DNA from: an uncultured Phycisphaerales bacterium | GTDB lineage: Bacteria; Planctomycetota; Phycisphaerae; Sedimentisphaerales; Anaerobacaceae | Reading direction: 5' to 3' | Assembly: GCA_963772725.1 (NCBI GenBank) | Contig: CAVYYI010000001.1 | Location: 960,001-1,024,000 of the forward strand | Length of the DNA: 64,000 bases | In this document: piece by piece, positions 62,427 through 64,000 of the stretch | Layout of the letters: each line of letters opens with the position of its first letter | Position numbering within the stretch: position 1 is the first letter of the stretch | Program-made: the position numbers and the translations under genes | Notes under the pieces: generated by a model | Database searches by the model: none | The model's input: the letters and a program-made list of their open reading frames with translations, nothing else | What the model was told of the DNA's origin: nothing

Positions 62427-64000
62427 ATGCCTGCGGTATCTTTAGACCTGACAGGAAAATGGGAATTTAAGCAATATCCGCTGTCGGCAAGGCAAATGTC
62501 CGACCTGCAGTCTTCCGACTGGCTGCCAGCAGATGTCCCTGCCTCAATTTTCACAAACCTCGCCGACGCAGGCCTTATAAAAAAAAGCGACCTCATCGCC
62601 AATCCTGAAGATTTCTCTTATGTCAGCGAAACGCCGTGGATATACAGAAAAATTTTCGATGTCTCCGCCGATATACTCAAATGCGACCGCATCGACCTTG
62701 TCTTTGACGGCCTCGACACCGTTGCCGCAATCTGGCTAAATGACAAACGCATCGGAAAAACCACCAATATGTTTATTCCTTTCAGGTTTGATATTACCTC
62801 GCTGCTGAAATCCAGCGGCAATTGTCTCATGGTCAAATTCGACCCCGCTGTCCCGTATGCCCAAAAACTGATGGCCAAATATTCCCACTCAGGTCCAAAA
62901 AATCCGGTAGATTTGTACCGCACTTACATAAGAAAAGCTCAATATCAGTTCGGCTGGGACTTTTGCCCGGCACTGCCCGGCTGCGGAATCTGGAGACCTG
63001 TCCATCTCGAAGGAATTAAAAAAGCCGCGATAAAAAACATCAACATCCGAACAGTTGACTGCAATCACCATTACGCCGACATCAAGGTAACCGCGGCACT
63101 CGATACACTCGTAAAAGAAAACTTCATTTGCAAACTTACGTTGTCATGCGGCGACAGAATACTGATACACAATATGACTTTCCGCCACGGCGAAAAAACT
63201 CATTCCACAGTCATTCGCATTGAAAATCCATCACTCTGGTGGCCCAGGGGTTATGGCAAACAATCTCTATACACACTCGACGCGCAGTTACTCGCCGGTG
63301 ACGAAATCGCGGATAATGTCCAGAAAAGTTTTGGAATAAGAAACGTAAGACTTGAATACTCTTCTGATGAAAATGATAAGAAATTCCAGTTTGAAGTCAA
63401 CGGCCAGGTCATCGCTGTTAAAGGCGCAAATTGGGTACCCGCCTCCGTATTTGCGGGTTCCGTAACCGCGGATGATTACCACGAGCTGCTCACTCTTGCC
63501 GCCGAAGCTAATATCAATATGCTGCGAGTATGGGGCGGCGGGTATTATGAGGCGGATGAATTTTACAAATTGTGCGACCGGCTGGGAATAATGGTCTGGC
63601 AGGATTTTATGTTCGCCTGCGCGTATTATCCGGAAGAAAAATGTTTTATCGAAGAGGTGAAAAAAGAAGCCGCCGAAATCATCACACAACTGCGAAATCA
63701 CCCCTGTTTAGCGATATGGTGCGGAAATAATGAAATAGACTGGAAACACAGTAACGGCTCTCTTGGAAAAAGCAAAAAATTCTATGGCAGAACAATCTAT
63801 CATAATCTATTGCCGCAGCTTGTAACCGATATGGACCCCGATACTGCCTATATACCGACCACACCTTTCACAGGGAAAGGCGGCTTCAAAACCGACGGTT
63901 TTCTTACCACTCACCAATGGGACATCTGGTGGCACAATCAGCCTGTAAGTAATTACCGTTGCCCTTCCGAAGCTGTCCCGTATTTTGTTACTGAGTTCGG
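62427..64000 (+). CDS. GH2 beta-mannosidase, runs off the window
   Basis: Translated by hand: FDGLDT, RKAQYQFGWD, KGANWVP, RVWGGGYYE, WCGNNE. Confidence 0.9.
   Translation, partial: MPAVSLDLTGKWEFKQYPLSARQMSDLQSSDWLPADVPASIFTNLADAGLIKKSDLIANPEDFSYVSETPWIYRKIFDVSADILKCDRIDLVFDGLDTVAAIWLNDKRIGKTTNMFIPFRFDITSLLKSSGNCLMVKFDPAVPYAQKLMAKYSHSGPKNPVDLYRTYIRKAQYQFGWDFCPALPGCGIWRPVHLEGIKKAAIKNINIRTVDCNHHYADIKVTAALDTLVKENFICKLTLSCGDRILIHNMTFRHGEKTHSTVIRIENPSLWWPRGYGKQSLYTLDAQLLAGDEIADNVQKSFGIRNVRLEYSSDENDKKFQFEVNGQVIAVKGANWVPASVFAGSVTADDYHELLTLAAEANINMLRVWGGGYYEADEFYKLCDRLGIMVWQDFMFACAYYPEEKCFIEEVKKEAAEIITQLRNHPCLAIWCGNNEIDWKHSNGSLGKSKKFYGRTIYHNLLPQLVTDMDPDTAYIPTTPFTGKGGFKTDGFLTTHQWDIWWHNQPVSNYRCPSEAVPYFVTEF

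Overview
Bacterial chromosomal window, probably Planctomycetota/Phycisphaerae-like; this is inferred from PEP-CTERM, DUF1080, DUF1573 and csrA content and is not proven. Housekeeping blocks are lpdA-lipB-lipA, uvrB-nadC-birA-dacB, ompA-like/ndk, a five-gene two-component cluster, a CbiMQO-type ECF transporter, gcvT-H-PA-PB, sppA, uroD-like, mgtA, trpEGDFBA (with a Trp-Trp leader-peptide attenuator), csrA, RNase HII-like and a GH2 beta-mannosidase. Accessory blocks are a TPR-Rhs toxin-immunity-DUF1573 locus, two tandem FN3 genes, an intact IS66, and a defence island at 53.8-58.8 kb (RM remnants, HKD nuclease, BRO, Kiwa). About ten genes carry single frameshifts, most likely assembly indel errors. 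Two unexplained features stand out. (1) Three non-coding arrays of 21-bp units with palindromic cores (3.7, 28.4, 59.7 kb) sit in identical register next to a shared ~42-bp anchor motif; two of them follow a 412-bp, 98.5%-identical leader that contains a candidate structured RNA. (2) A tRNA-Leu-like RNA with a Gly (GCC) anticodon and an unpaired acceptor end lies behind a consensus sigma54 promoter, ahead of a terminator and DUF2188-kwaA-kwaB. All family calls come from motif recognition by eye; no database searches were run.
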